Origin: an uncultured Pseudomonadota bacterium
Lineage (GTDB): Bacteria > Oederibacteriota > Muellerivitia > Muellerivitales > Muellerivitaceae
Length of the DNA stretch: 64,000 bases
Direction: 5' to 3'
Assembly: GCA_963770835.1 (NCBI GenBank)
Contig: CAVYRH010000004.1
Coordinates: 608,001-672,000 of the forward strand
In this document: positions 47,666-56,954 of the stretch, in pieces
Layout of the letters: each line of letters opens with the position of its first letter
Numbering within the stretch: position 1 is the first letter of the stretch
Notes under the pieces: model-generated
What the model was told of the DNA's origin: nothing
The model's input: the letters and a program-made list of their open reading frames with translations, nothing else
The model's database searches: none
Program-made: the position numbers and the translations under genes

Positions 47666-48199
47666 TTAAACTTCGACCGGGCCCGGGTCGCGGCTCGTCT
47701 CAGCGACTAGGTCTTTCGGCAGGGAATGGGCACAAAGGTCCGTGGCGCCGCAAAGCTCGTTCACGAAGAGGTGCTTGGAAACCTGCGCCGTTAGTTCGCG
47801 AAGGAGCATTTTGCTACGGGCCGCCGCGCCGGGGACCCGCCACAAAACCTGTTGGACCAGTTCACGCGCGAAGTCGCTGGCGCCGCGGCACAGCACCTGG
47901 TAGCGCTCGACCGGAACCAAACCCTCGCCTTCCTGGAACCTTTCGGGATTGTGATTGCGCTCCACCGGCTCGCAGGCCTCGTCGCACTGGGCTTGGGCCC
48001 CGCAGAACTCAAAAGCCTTCAAGCGGTTCAAGGCCCCCTGCCGCAAAGCCTTGGAAAGGATAAGGATCCGAACGCCCTTGCTGGGATAAACGACGGGCCA
48101 GTCGTGGTCGGGGATTTGGGGTTCCAATTCCAACGCCAGCTTCCGGATCCAGTCTTTCAGGTTCAGCCCATTCGATAAACGAAGTTGGTATACGGCCAT
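47666..48199 (-). CDS. Cys-containing hypothetical protein
   Basis: AGGAGG RBS; CGAQAQCDEAC, C, CGATDLC. Confidence 0.6.
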   Translation of the reverse strand: MAVYQLRLSNGLNLKDWIRKLALELEPQIPDHDWPVVYPSKGVRILILSKALRQGALNRLKAFEFCGAQAQCDEACEPVERNHNPERFQEGEGLVPVERYQVLCRGASDFARELVQQVLWRVPGAAARSKMLLRELTAQVSKHLFVNELCGATDLCAHSLPKDLVAETSRDPGPVEV

Positions 48200-48514
48200 G
48201 ATGGTCCTCCTAACGCTTCCCGCCGTGGGTTTCAAACGGCGGTTTGGGGCCTTGGGTGTTTCCGACCCCCCGCAACCCATTCAACCCCCGGATGGAGCGG
48301 GCGTCTATGACCGACGTCATCAAGGGGGAGGCCTACCAACCCGGAAAAAGGGCCGGGCCGACCGATGGGACCATGTCCGGTTGGTTTAGGGCTTTTCCTA
48401 AAAAAAAGGGCCAAAATCTTCATTCGCCCTATTGCGTTGCGCAGGTAAGTAGAATTAAGTTTTTCATAAGGATTTTAAAGGGATGACCTTTGGAAGTCCG
48501 GAAAGGGGAAAGCG

Positions 48515-48982
48515 CTGATACTTTCCACCAAACTCCGCCGAAAATTCGAGATATTGCTTGTGGAGGACAATCCGGCCGACGCAAGGCTTGTTTCCCTCGC
48601 CTTGAAAGGGTTCATGATCGACCACGAACTGAGAGTCGTGTCCGATGGGATGGCCGCCATGGATTTCCTCACGAAAAGGAACGCCTACTCGGACGCCCCC
48701 CGGCCGGATGTTGTCTTCCTGGACTGGATGCTGCCCCACAAAAGCGGTGACGAGGTTTTGAGGGAGATGCGGTTTGACCCGAACCTGAAGGACATCCCGG
48801 TGGTGGTGGTGAGCGGGTGCGAATCGACCGAAATGATCCGGGAGGCTTATAACGCCGGAAGCAATTTGTGCATCGTGAAGCCCATCACCTTAGACCGCTT
48901 CCCCTTTATCCTTCGGTTCATGCAGGAAATTTTACAGGAGGAGGGGGATTCCCCGCCGCCTCCCTTCACCTCGATCAATTAA
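48515..48982 (+). CDS. Single-domain response regulator (Rcp1-like); start uncertain
   Basis: EILLVEDNPAD, RPDVVFLD, KP; no in-frame ATG, CTG 48515 follows AAGGGG. Confidence 0.85.
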   Translation: MILSTKLRRKFEILLVEDNPADARLVSLALKGFMIDHELRVVSDGMAAMDFLTKRNAYSDAPRPDVVFLDWMLPHKSGDEVLREMRFDPNLKDIPVVVVSGCESTEMIREAYNAGSNLCIVKPITLDRFPFILRFMQEILQEEGDSPPPPFTSIN

Positions 48983-49047
48983 CCTTTCCGCCTTCGCGGC
49001 CCATTCCGGTTGTCAATTCAAAAAAGAAGACTGCTTCTGGAGATGAC

Positions 49048-50670
49048 TTACTGCCTTTCGCTTGTTTCCTGCAGGAGCGACAGGCGGTGCTGGGACAAAA
49101 CGGAGCGGAACTTCCGGAGGCTTTCGGCCAGGGATTTTTCCGTATTGATCCCCACGGCCTCCCAAGTGGCGGGCGGTTCCTGCCAGCGCTCCGCCATTTG
49201 CTGGTACACGGTGTAGTCGGCGTCCGAGGCGTAACGCTCGGTTTTTTGGAGGCGCTCCCGCACAATCCCCTCGTCCGCCTGGCAAGTGAAGAATAAAAAA
49301 GGCAGGCGTAGTTTTTGTGCCAAGCGGTAAAAGGGCTCCCGCCGGGCCTGTTCCCAAAGGCTGGCGTCGATCAAAACCCTTTGTCCCTTCAGGAGTCCTT
49401 CCTCCGCTTTTTCCAGCAAATAGGAATAAGTCTTGTCGGTCCATTCGGGGGTGTAAAGGCCCTGGTTCCAGCCACTGGAGGGCTGGGAGGAAGGCAGGAA
49501 ACCGGCCAGCTCCTTGCGCACCACATCCGAGGATAAAACCAAAAAGTCCTCGTTCTTTTCCAACGCCCGGGAAAGACTGCTCTTGCCCGTACCAGGAAGG
49601 CCCGACAAAAGCACCAGGCAGGGCCGGCCCTGGGGCAGGGCCAGCTTCGAAAGCGCCATGCGGAAGTGGAGGCGGGCCTTCTCCCGGGCTTTCGCCCTTT
49701 CCTCCGGGGACATGTCGGCTTCTTGGGCCTGCAGGCCGCGCACCAGGCCGCGGACCAGGTGGCGGTAGGCGGTGTAAAAAGAAAGCAAGTCGGCGTCCTC
49801 ATCCCCGCTTTGGGAAACCCACGAATAAGCCAGGAGGTTGGCCTCGTTGGAGAGTCCTTGGGCCTCCAGGTCCATCACCAGGAAGGCGACGTCGGACATG
49901 GGGTCGCCGCAGCGGTAACGGGGGTCGAATTCCACGCAATCGATAAGGAGGATGTCCTGGGGCGGCGCCGCATTAGGGAAGCAATACACGTGTTCCATCC
50001 TCAAATCGCCGTGGCCCTCCCGGGCCCGCCCTATTCGGCCCTCGATCCAAGGCTGGTGCCGGTTCCACTCGTCCTGGAAACTGGATTCCAGTTTCTCCCA
50101 CAATTCGGGCGCGAGGATCTCCGCCGGGAAGTTCCGGGTCTGGCTGAGGATCTGGCTCCAATCCTCCTCCACGGATTCGGGTTCGGCCCAGCGGGAAACC
50201 TCGGGGCCTTGGGCGGCCTGTCCATAAAACCGGACCAGCTTCTCCACCAGGCGGGACCAGAACCCCTCCGGCAGGCGGCCCGATTCCAGGAGCTTGTTCA
50301 GCCGGTTCTCGTCGGGAAGCCGCCGCATCTTGACGGCGTATTCCACGGGATCGCCTTCCCCCTCGAAGGACAGCACATCCCCTTTGCGGAAGACCGGCAC
50401 CACCCCCAGGTAAACGTCCGGAGCCAGGCGGCGGTTCAACTCGATTTCCCGCTCGCAGAAATTCCTGCGCTTTTCCAAGGTGGAATAGTCCACGAAGAGG
50501 AACCGGACGGGTTTTTTGATCTTGTAGGCAAAGTCGCCAGCCAGGAACACGATGGAGATGTGGGTTTGGACGGTCTTGAGTTCGGCCACCGGGTAGGGAA
50601 AAGCGATGTTTTCGGCGGCCAAGTGGGGGGGAAGCATTCCTGGTGCCGGGTTCTTCAGGATTTGTTCCAA
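49048..50670 (-). CDS. Bifunctional aminoglycoside-phosphotransferase-fold / AAA_33 kinase (Rv2004c-like)
   Basis: QTHIS.VFL, HGDLR, IDCVEF, GLPGTGKS, SDVVRK, SDAD. Confidence 0.9.
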   Translation of the reverse strand: MEQILKNPAPGMLPPHLAAENIAFPYPVAELKTVQTHISIVFLAGDFAYKIKKPVRFLFVDYSTLEKRRNFCEREIELNRRLAPDVYLGVVPVFRKGDVLSFEGEGDPVEYAVKMRRLPDENRLNKLLESGRLPEGFWSRLVEKLVRFYGQAAQGPEVSRWAEPESVEEDWSQILSQTRNFPAEILAPELWEKLESSFQDEWNRHQPWIEGRIGRAREGHGDLRMEHVYCFPNAAPPQDILLIDCVEFDPRYRCGDPMSDVAFLVMDLEAQGLSNEANLLAYSWVSQSGDEDADLLSFYTAYRHLVRGLVRGLQAQEADMSPEERAKAREKARLHFRMALSKLALPQGRPCLVLLSGLPGTGKSSLSRALEKNEDFLVLSSDVVRKELAGFLPSSQPSSGWNQGLYTPEWTDKTYSYLLEKAEEGLLKGQRVLIDASLWEQARREPFYRLAQKLRLPFLFFTCQADEGIVRERLQKTERYASDADYTVYQQMAERWQEPPATWEAVGINTEKSLAESLRKFRSVLSQHRLSLLQETSERQ

Positions 50671-50729
50671 GGTTCCGCCTCTTTGGGACGGCTTTTCACC
50701 GTTATTTTAAGCGGCAAGGTTGAGAAACC

Positions 50730-50745
50730 TATGACTCCAGTCATA
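50730..50745. promoter_or_regulatory. TATGA-N6-TCATA site centred between divergent promoters
   Basis: TATGActccagTCATA; -10 TATAGT (+, 50768-73) and TAAAAT (-, 50709-04). Confidence 0.8.
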
Positions 50746-50808
50746 GTCTGGAAGCTGCTGAGGTTCCTATAGTTAAAGAAAAGGCGAAGCGCCTTCCCGG
50801 AGTTCCAA

Positions 50809-51912
50809 ATGAAAAACTCCACTACCATCTTGACCGTTTCGGGCATCCAAATCAAAGTCCATTTCACCTTTCTCCTCCTCCTTCTATATGTGGCCGTCGA
50901 AGGCTGGATGGAGAATGGGGCGTCAGGCGCGGTTTTTGGGTTGGTCTTCACCCTCGCCCTTTTCGCCTGCGTGGTACTGCACGAGTTGGGACACAGCTTT
51001 ACCGCCCAGGGTTTCGGCATCCCGGTTGGCCAGATCCTGCTTTTGCCCATCGGCGGCGTGTCATCCCTTTCCAAAAAACCGAAAAATCCCTTGCAGGAAA
51101 TCCTGATCGCCCTAGCCGGGCCCCTGGTCAGCGTGGCTTTGGCAGTTCTCTTTTACCAGGCGTCCGGCTCGCCAGCCCTGACGGCTAATAGTTTCGCAGG
51201 GGTAGGGGAGAAGATGGATTTCACCCTGCCCACGATCCTGTTCTGGCTCTTCCGGACCAACCTTATCCTGGCGGTCTTCAACCTGATCCCGGCCTTTCCC
51301 ATGGACGGCGGGCGGGTGTTCCGGGCGGTGCTGCGCCTTTTCTTGAGGGAACCCCGGGCCACCGCTTTGGCGGCTTCGGTGGGCAAGGTTTTCGCCGTCA
51401 TCTTTGGCTTGGTGGGGCTCTTGATCGGCAACATGATCCTGGCCCTGGTGGCCTTTTTCCTCTACTTCGCGGGGGCGGGCGAGGTGGCGGGTGAGGCCAC
51501 GGAGGAAATCCTCAGCCACATCCGGGCCGGTGCCGTCTGCGCCCATTTTGGGGCGAGCCTGGAATCCACCGATACCCTGCGCCGGGTGATGGAACTGGTC
51601 TTGGGAAGCGAGCAAAAGAACTTCCCGGTCCTGGAGGGAGATAACTTGGCAGGAGTCTTGGAAAGCCGCGCCTTGAGGGACAGGCATGGGGACCTTCGTC
51701 CGGATACCCCCGTCACGGACCTGATGCGGCGGAATGTCCCGCGGATCCAGGCGGATGAGAACCTGGGACAAGCGTTGGGGGAATTGCGTGAGGCCGGGGC
51801 CCACAGTTGCGCGGTTTTCGAGGGCAGCCGGTTTTTGGGGCTTTTGGACGAGGACCGGATCCGATTGGCCCTGGCCCTTTCGCCGTTTTTGGTAGCCACT
51901 AACCGTAGTTAA
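50809..51912 (+). CDS. Site-2 protease (M50) with CBS domains (Rip3/Rv2625c-like)
   Basis: HELGH, NLIPAFPMDGG, C-terminal CBS pair. Confidence 0.92.
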   Translation: MKNSTTILTVSGIQIKVHFTFLLLLLYVAVEGWMENGASGAVFGLVFTLALFACVVLHELGHSFTAQGFGIPVGQILLLPIGGVSSLSKKPKNPLQEILIALAGPLVSVALAVLFYQASGSPALTANSFAGVGEKMDFTLPTILFWLFRTNLILAVFNLIPAFPMDGGRVFRAVLRLFLREPRATALAASVGKVFAVIFGLVGLLIGNMILALVAFFLYFAGAGEVAGEATEEILSHIRAGAVCAHFGASLESTDTLRRVMELVLGSEQKNFPVLEGDNLAGVLESRALRDRHGDLRPDTPVTDLMRRNVPRIQADENLGQALGELREAGAHSCAVFEGSRFLGLLDEDRIRLALALSPFLVATNRS

Positions 51913-51922
51913 AGGGGGAAGC

Positions 51923-52117
51923 ATGGTTAAGGAAAAGAAAAGATCAATTCCAAAAATCAAGGCGATGACAGGCGGCCAAAAGAAAAACACCATCGAGGAA
52001 GCGGCTTATTTCCGCTGGCTGGCCCGCGACCAGGAGCACGGGAAGGACCTGAACGACTGGCTGGGCGCCGAACAGGAACTGATGGAAAACATCTTTGAGC
52101 GCGACGCGGAGGGTTGA
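51923..52117 (+). CDS. DUF2934-family small protein
   Basis: IEEAAYFRWLAR...DLNDWLGAE. Confidence 0.85.
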   Translation: MVKEKKRSIPKIKAMTGGQKKNTIEEAAYFRWLARDQEHGKDLNDWLGAEQELMENIFERDAEG

Positions 52118-52221
52118 TTTCAAGCCCAGGGGAAGCTAGTCCTGAGCGCCAACCACTTTTTTGTCACGCTTGGCCCGCCCTATCCCGGCATTGACAAACC
52201 TGATGTCGTCCTAATAAAGTT

Positions 52222-52976
52222 ATGAAATTCCCTATGAAAATAACTCGAAACCGGAATTGGATCATTCTACTTGCTTTCCTATGCCTTGAGGGGCAGGCAT
52301 GGGCCGGGAACCCTTTTATGACCGACGACCCGGAGCCCGTGAACCTGGGCCACGGGGAAGTTTTCGTGGCCGGAAGTTATTTCCAAAATTCAGGTGGAAC
52401 CAACGGCACGGGCCAGTTCGAAGTGAATTATGGAGCTTTTCCCGAAACCCAGCTCCATCTCATTATCACCGGTGCTTTCAACGCCCCCAACGGCCAGCCC
52501 GCCTCCTCCGGCGTGGGCGACACGGTGTTGGGTGTTAAGTACCGCTTCTTAAGGGAAAGCCCCGGAGTCCCCCAAATGGGGGTTTATCCCTGGGTCGTAC
52601 TTCCCACCGGCAATGCTTCCCAGGGCCTGGGCACCGGCCAAACGCATGTTTTCCTCCCACTTTGGATCCAAAAAAGCTGGGGGCCCTGGACCACTTACGG
52701 CGGGGGAGGATATTGGATTAATCCTGGGACAGGAAACCAAAACTGGGTTTACTTGGGATGGGAAGCGCAACGGGACCTTTCACCGGTGGTCACCTTGGGG
52801 GGGAACTTTTCTACCAAACCCCGGCCACCGTGGAAGGCCTGGAAACCCTCTCGGGCGATCTCGGCTTGATTGTCAACTTGAATGATCAAAACCATCCCAT
52901 GATCTCGATCGGCCGGGACCTGGTGAACCCTGTCAACACCCTCTTCGGTTACGCCGCTTACTTGTGGACATACTAA
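52222..52976 (+). pseudogene. Outer-membrane beta-barrel/transporter gene frameshifted at a G7 run
   Basis: PFMTDDPEP, GDTVLGVKYR and LPTG motifs in the first frame; barrel continues as ELFYQ...YLWTY in another frame after 52797-52803. Confidence 0.75.
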
Positions 52977-52983
52977 ACCCCGC

Positions 52984-53880
52984 TCACCGGCCCGCGACGG
53001 CCCTATCGTAAAAGACGGCCTGGACGGTGCGGTTGGGGCCCTCTGATCTGGACTTGCGTAGCATTTCTTGGAGGTCACGGACGGCTTTTTGATATTCCTT
53101 CCAGGTTTTTCGTCTGCGGTTTTTCAACTCTCTTATCCAAGACTGGGTTTCGGGGAACAAACCGTTACCGGCTTTGCCTAAAAGGGCTAAGGCGTTGTCC
53201 AGGTCCCGCCAATCCCCCAAAACGGTTTGGGCTTTCTTGCATAGCGTCGCCAGCTCCCGGCCCCCACGGGACAGGAGGAACCCGAACTCCTCCAGGCTGT
53301 AACGCATTCGCTTGGCCTGCACCCGGAGCTTATGAAGAAGAGACCGGCTGGTTTTAGCGGTCTTCGTTTTCTTGAGGAGGTTCTCTAGACGCCGTTTTTC
53401 GTGTTCAAAGGCCTCCATCGCTTCCGAGGTGATTTTTTGGCGGTTGGCCCTTAAGACTAATTTCTTTCCAAGTCTGGAAAATCCGCGGACAAACGGGGGT
53501 GAAACCAAATGATTCCGGATTTCCTTTTCGCGCATTTGCCGAACTTCCTCCTGGATTTTTAACCATGCTTGCAAGCCTGGGGATGGGGAGGGAATGGGAG
53601 GTAGGGATTTTAAAAGGGAGTCGAAAACCTCCTTGTCCCTTAGGACATTGGTTTCCTGGCCGATGCCCTTGAGGAAGCCGAAGACGGCTACGAGGGTCCG
53701 GGGTAAGTAGCAACCCTTCAATAATCGCAGGCAAGTGCGAAGGCGGCGAAGGGAGACTCGGAAATCATGGAGGGCCTCCGGATCCCTCCCTTTCAGGACC
53801 CGAAAACGGTTGCGTTCCAGCCGGGACAGGATCAGGTTCAGGCGCTTGGAAAAAAATTCCTTCTTGGGAAGAGGTTTCAT
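52984..53880 (-). CDS. CHAD-domain (polyphosphate-binding) protein
   Basis: LHDFRVSLRRLR, LRDKEV, LHKLRVQAKRMRY, LGDWRD. Confidence 0.9.
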   Translation of the reverse strand: MKPLPKKEFFSKRLNLILSRLERNRFRVLKGRDPEALHDFRVSLRRLRTCLRLLKGCYLPRTLVAVFGFLKGIGQETNVLRDKEVFDSLLKSLPPIPSPSPGLQAWLKIQEEVRQMREKEIRNHLVSPPFVRGFSRLGKKLVLRANRQKITSEAMEAFEHEKRRLENLLKKTKTAKTSRSLLHKLRVQAKRMRYSLEEFGFLLSRGGRELATLCKKAQTVLGDWRDLDNALALLGKAGNGLFPETQSWIRELKNRRRKTWKEYQKAVRDLQEMLRKSRSEGPNRTVQAVFYDRAVAGR

Positions 53881-53897
53881 TGGATACGCCCTTGGAA

Positions 53898-54713
53898 CTA
53901 TTTTTTCCGTTCGGATTCCATTTGTTTGAGGGATTTTTCCAGTTCCGCCGCTTCCCGGTGGAGGGCTTTTTCCTCCATCCAATCCGAGTGGTGTTTTAGG
54001 CCCGAGGCGACGATTTCCAGAGCGCGGCGCCGGGCATAATGCTTATGGTCTGCCGGGATGAGGTGCCAGGGAGCGGCCTTCGTATGGGTCTTTTCCAGCA
54101 TTTCCTCCGCCGCATCCACGTAGTCGTCCCAGCGCGCGCGGGCCTGGATGTCCTCCGGCGTGATCTTCCACTGCTTATAGGGATCCTTGATCCTGGCCTC
54201 AAACCTTTTCAACTGCTCCTGCGGCGAGATGGCCAGGAAAATCTTGATGAGGTCGATCCCGTCGTCCACCAACATTTTTTCAACCTGGTTGATTTCGTCG
54301 TAGGCCTGGGCCAGGCGGTCCTTGGGCGCGAGTTTTTCCACCTTTTCCACCAGCACTCGGCCGTACCAGGACCGGTCGAAGACGGCCCATTCACCGGGCG
54401 GGGGGAAAGCTTCCCAAAAGCGGTGGAGGTAATGCCGGCCTTGCTCTTCCACCGAGGGAGGGCCGAAGGAATGGACCTTCACGCCCCGGGGGTCCAGCCG
54501 CTCGGTCAAGCGGCGGATGGTGCCGCCCTTCCCGGAGGCGTCGAATCCTTCGAATAGAACCAGCGCCCTCCGCTTGCCGTGCCAAATGCCCTGTTGGATG
54601 CGCACCATCTGGAGTTGTAATTTTTTAACGACCTCGTCGTAATCTTTTGAATCCTCGGAGGGGAAGTCCCCTTCCTTCAGGAGTTTCCTCAAACTCAGCC
54701 GGTCGGATGACAT
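53898..54713 (-). CDS. ppk2: Polyphosphate kinase 2
   Basis: FEGFDASGKGG, FDRSWY, WKIT.ED. Confidence 0.92.
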   Translation of the reverse strand: MSSDRLSLRKLLKEGDFPSEDSKDYDEVVKKLQLQMVRIQQGIWHGKRRALVLFEGFDASGKGGTIRRLTERLDPRGVKVHSFGPPSVEEQGRHYLHRFWEAFPPPGEWAVFDRSWYGRVLVEKVEKLAPKDRLAQAYDEINQVEKMLVDDGIDLIKIFLAISPQEQLKRFEARIKDPYKQWKITPEDIQARARWDDYVDAAEEMLEKTHTKAAPWHLIPADHKHYARRRALEIVASGLKHHSDWMEEKALHREAAELEKSLKQMESERKK

Positions 54714-54915
54714 GGCAGCACCTCCTTACACCATTCTAAAGCCCTGTCCCCCCAGTGGGGACCATGGGATTGAAATTTCTGAAAAACGAAAGGCGAAATA
54801 GGTGCCCCCCAGCTTTCGTTTTTGTTAGGAAAGGTGAAACCTGAGCCGGGTCATATGCATCCGGAAAAATTGGAAATACATTAAATTAAAGCCAAAGTTC
54901 AAGGAGGAAAGAACC

Positions 54916-55095
54916 ATGGTGAAGACAATCGCCAAGCCAAAAACGGCTAAGGCCAAAGAAGCGGTTTCAAGGGAAGAACTGGAAGTGGCCGCTTATTACC
55001 ACTGGCTGAATAGGGGTTGCCCCAACGACGATCCGCTGACCGATTGGGTTGAAGCGGAGGAAAAGTTAAACAAGGACGGTTCGCCGAGAAAATAA
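54916..55095 (+). CDS. DUF2934-family small protein (59 aa, not in ORF track)
   Basis: AAGGAGG RBS; ...LEVAAYYHWLNRGCPNDDPLTDWVEAEEKL. Confidence 0.85.
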   Translation: MVKTIAKPKTAKAKEAVSREELEVAAYYHWLNRGCPNDDPLTDWVEAEEKLNKDGSPRK

Positions 55096-55153
55096 GCGGC
55101 CTGGCGAAGAAAAACAAGGAGGCCGCGAAGCCAAGAAGCGAAGGAGGCGGACC

Positions 55154-55474
55154 ATGGAGACGACTCTCGACGGGTTCGCGCGGCGCATGGCGGGGTGGCT
55201 TTGGGCCCCCCCGCAGGGCATGCCGCTGGAAGAGTTGGAATACGCCGAGTGGATCAAGCCGGAAGGCAGGCCCGTCAAGCATAAGGGATGGAAGCAACCC
55301 CTTGAGGGACGGGGCTCCCGGTCGCCGATTCCCAAGCATATTGAGGAGTTCTACCACCGGGGCGCTTATGAACAACACGAAATTCACACGCGTTCCCCTA
55401 AAAAAGCAGTCCTTCGCTTCCAAGGCAAGGGCTCCAAGATCGAAAGGCGCGAAGGGAAAAGAGTCAAAAAATAA
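55154..55474 (+). CDS. Hypothetical protein
   Basis: AAGGAGG RBS; follows the DUF2934 gene. Confidence 0.6.
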   Translation: METTLDGFARRMAGWLWAPPQGMPLEELEYAEWIKPEGRPVKHKGWKQPLEGRGSRSPIPKHIEEFYHRGAYEQHEIHTRSPKKAVLRFQGKGSKIERREGKRVKK

Positions 55475-55562
55475 AACCTAAGCGGATCTGACGTCCCGCG
55501 AAAAGTCTCTGGCAGTTGAAACCTTTGAAGAATCTGGAAATTGTATTAAGAGGTGGCGATAG

Positions 55563-55593
55563 GCCCCGGGGAATTTCATCTCCGGGGCTTTTT
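55563..55593 (+). terminator. Intrinsic terminator
   Basis: gccccgggga-atttca-tctccggggc followed by a T-run. Confidence 0.7.
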
Positions 55594-55596
55594 ATT

Positions 55597-56691
55597 TTAG
55601 GAAGACGCTGGCTGGTAAATGCAATAAGGATCGGCAGCCATGACGTTGCCGGCCATGGCGTAGGCCCGGGCGCGGGAACCGCCGCAGTAATAGCGATAAT
55701 CGCAACGGCCGCACTTGCCCTGCAGGGAGTCGGCGTCCCGAAGGCGCTGGAACAGCGGGCTGGTTTGGTAGATATCCGCCAAGGGAAGATCCTTAATATT
55801 GCCCCCGGAGACGGGTAGGAAGCCGCTGGGGCAGACTTCGCCGGTGTTGGAGATGAACACGAAGCCCCGGGCGTCGGATACTCCCCGGGCCACCCGGAGA
55901 AGAACCGGGTTGGGGTGGGAGGCCACCACTCCCGGCAATTGATCGGGAGTTACGCCGTAACGCTGCAGGATGATCCTCCGGAAATGGTGGGCCTCGGTCG
56001 TCTTGATGTCAAACCAGCCCAGCTCCAGGAGCTCGAACAACTGGTTCAAAATCTCCTCTGTTTCCACGGCGGTCAGGGCCTGGTCTTGGTGGGCCCGCCC
56101 GGTGGGCACCAGGAAGAAAACCGACCAAAGGTCCACGGAGAAGGATTTGATCAGCCGGGCCATATCCCAAACCTGGTCCCGGTTATGCCGGCCCATGGTG
56201 GTGTTGATCTGAAGGTGGATTCCCAATTGGCGGATCCGCTCCGCGGCCTGGATCAGGCGCTCAAAAGTGCCGGGAACTCCCCGGAAGCTGTCGTGGGTGT
56301 AAGGGTCGGCGCCGTCCAGGGAAAGGGAAATACGGTGGACGCCCGCGTCTCGCAGTTTTTTAAGATTTTCCACCGTCAGCAAGGGTGTGACCGAAGGGGC
56401 TAAGGCGAAATTGAGGCCCTTGCGGGAACACTCCCGGACCAGGGCCATCAAGTCCGCCCGCTTCAAAGGATCCCCCCCCGTCATGACAAAAAGAGGGACC
56501 TTCCAGTCGGCGATCTGGTGGATGAGCCGAAGGGCCTGCTCGGTGTCCAATTCCCCCGGGTTTTGCCCGGCTTGGGCGTCGGCACGGCAATGTACGCAGG
56601 CCAAATCACAGGCGCGGGTGACTTCCCAAATGGCGATATAAGGGCGGTCGGCGTAAAGATTTTTCGGCAGGAGTGGGGAAGCGGAATCCAT
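55597..56691 (-). CDS. Radical SAM/SPASM protein, heme-biosynthesis-related (TIGR04053/AhbD-NirJ-like)
   Basis: WEVTRACDLACVHCRA, TGGDP, FFLVPTGR, CGRC...CGGSRARA..DPYC. Confidence 0.88.
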   Translation of the reverse strand: MDSASPLLPKNLYADRPYIAIWEVTRACDLACVHCRADAQAGQNPGELDTEQALRLIHQIADWKVPLFVMTGGDPLKRADLMALVRECSRKGLNFALAPSVTPLLTVENLKKLRDAGVHRISLSLDGADPYTHDSFRGVPGTFERLIQAAERIRQLGIHLQINTTMGRHNRDQVWDMARLIKSFSVDLWSVFFLVPTGRAHQDQALTAVETEEILNQLFELLELGWFDIKTTEAHHFRRIILQRYGVTPDQLPGVVASHPNPVLLRVARGVSDARGFVFISNTGEVCPSGFLPVSGGNIKDLPLADIYQTSPLFQRLRDADSLQGKCGRCDYRYYCGGSRARAYAMAGNVMAADPYCIYQPASS

Positions 56692-56804
56692 GGTCACACC
56701 TCGCTGGAATTTGTACGAGTCCAACTTACGATGCGGTGCGGGACTCATTTATGACTTAAATCATTAAATTATAATGAGGAAATTCCAGCCGGTTGAAGCG
56801 GCCC

Positions 56805-56822
56805 TATGGCTGTGGCGCCATG
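56805..56822. promoter_or_regulatory. Putative sigma-54 enhancer (UAS) palindrome
   Basis: TATGGCT-gtgg-CGCCATG. Confidence 0.6.
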
Positions 56823-56906
56823 GCTTCACTGCCAGAATTTCCTAAACGCTCCAGGATGACGCGCTAAGACCCTCCCTAAATCCCTTCGATTTCTTCCATC
56901 CATGCC

Positions 56907-56922
56907 GGGCATGCCAATTGCC
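56907..56922 (+). promoter_or_regulatory. Candidate sigma-54 promoter
   Basis: GGGCATGCCAATTGCC has correct GG-N10-GC spacing. Confidence 0.6.
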
Positions 56923-56954
56923 TTAACTCTCAGTGAAGGCGGATCTTTAACTGA

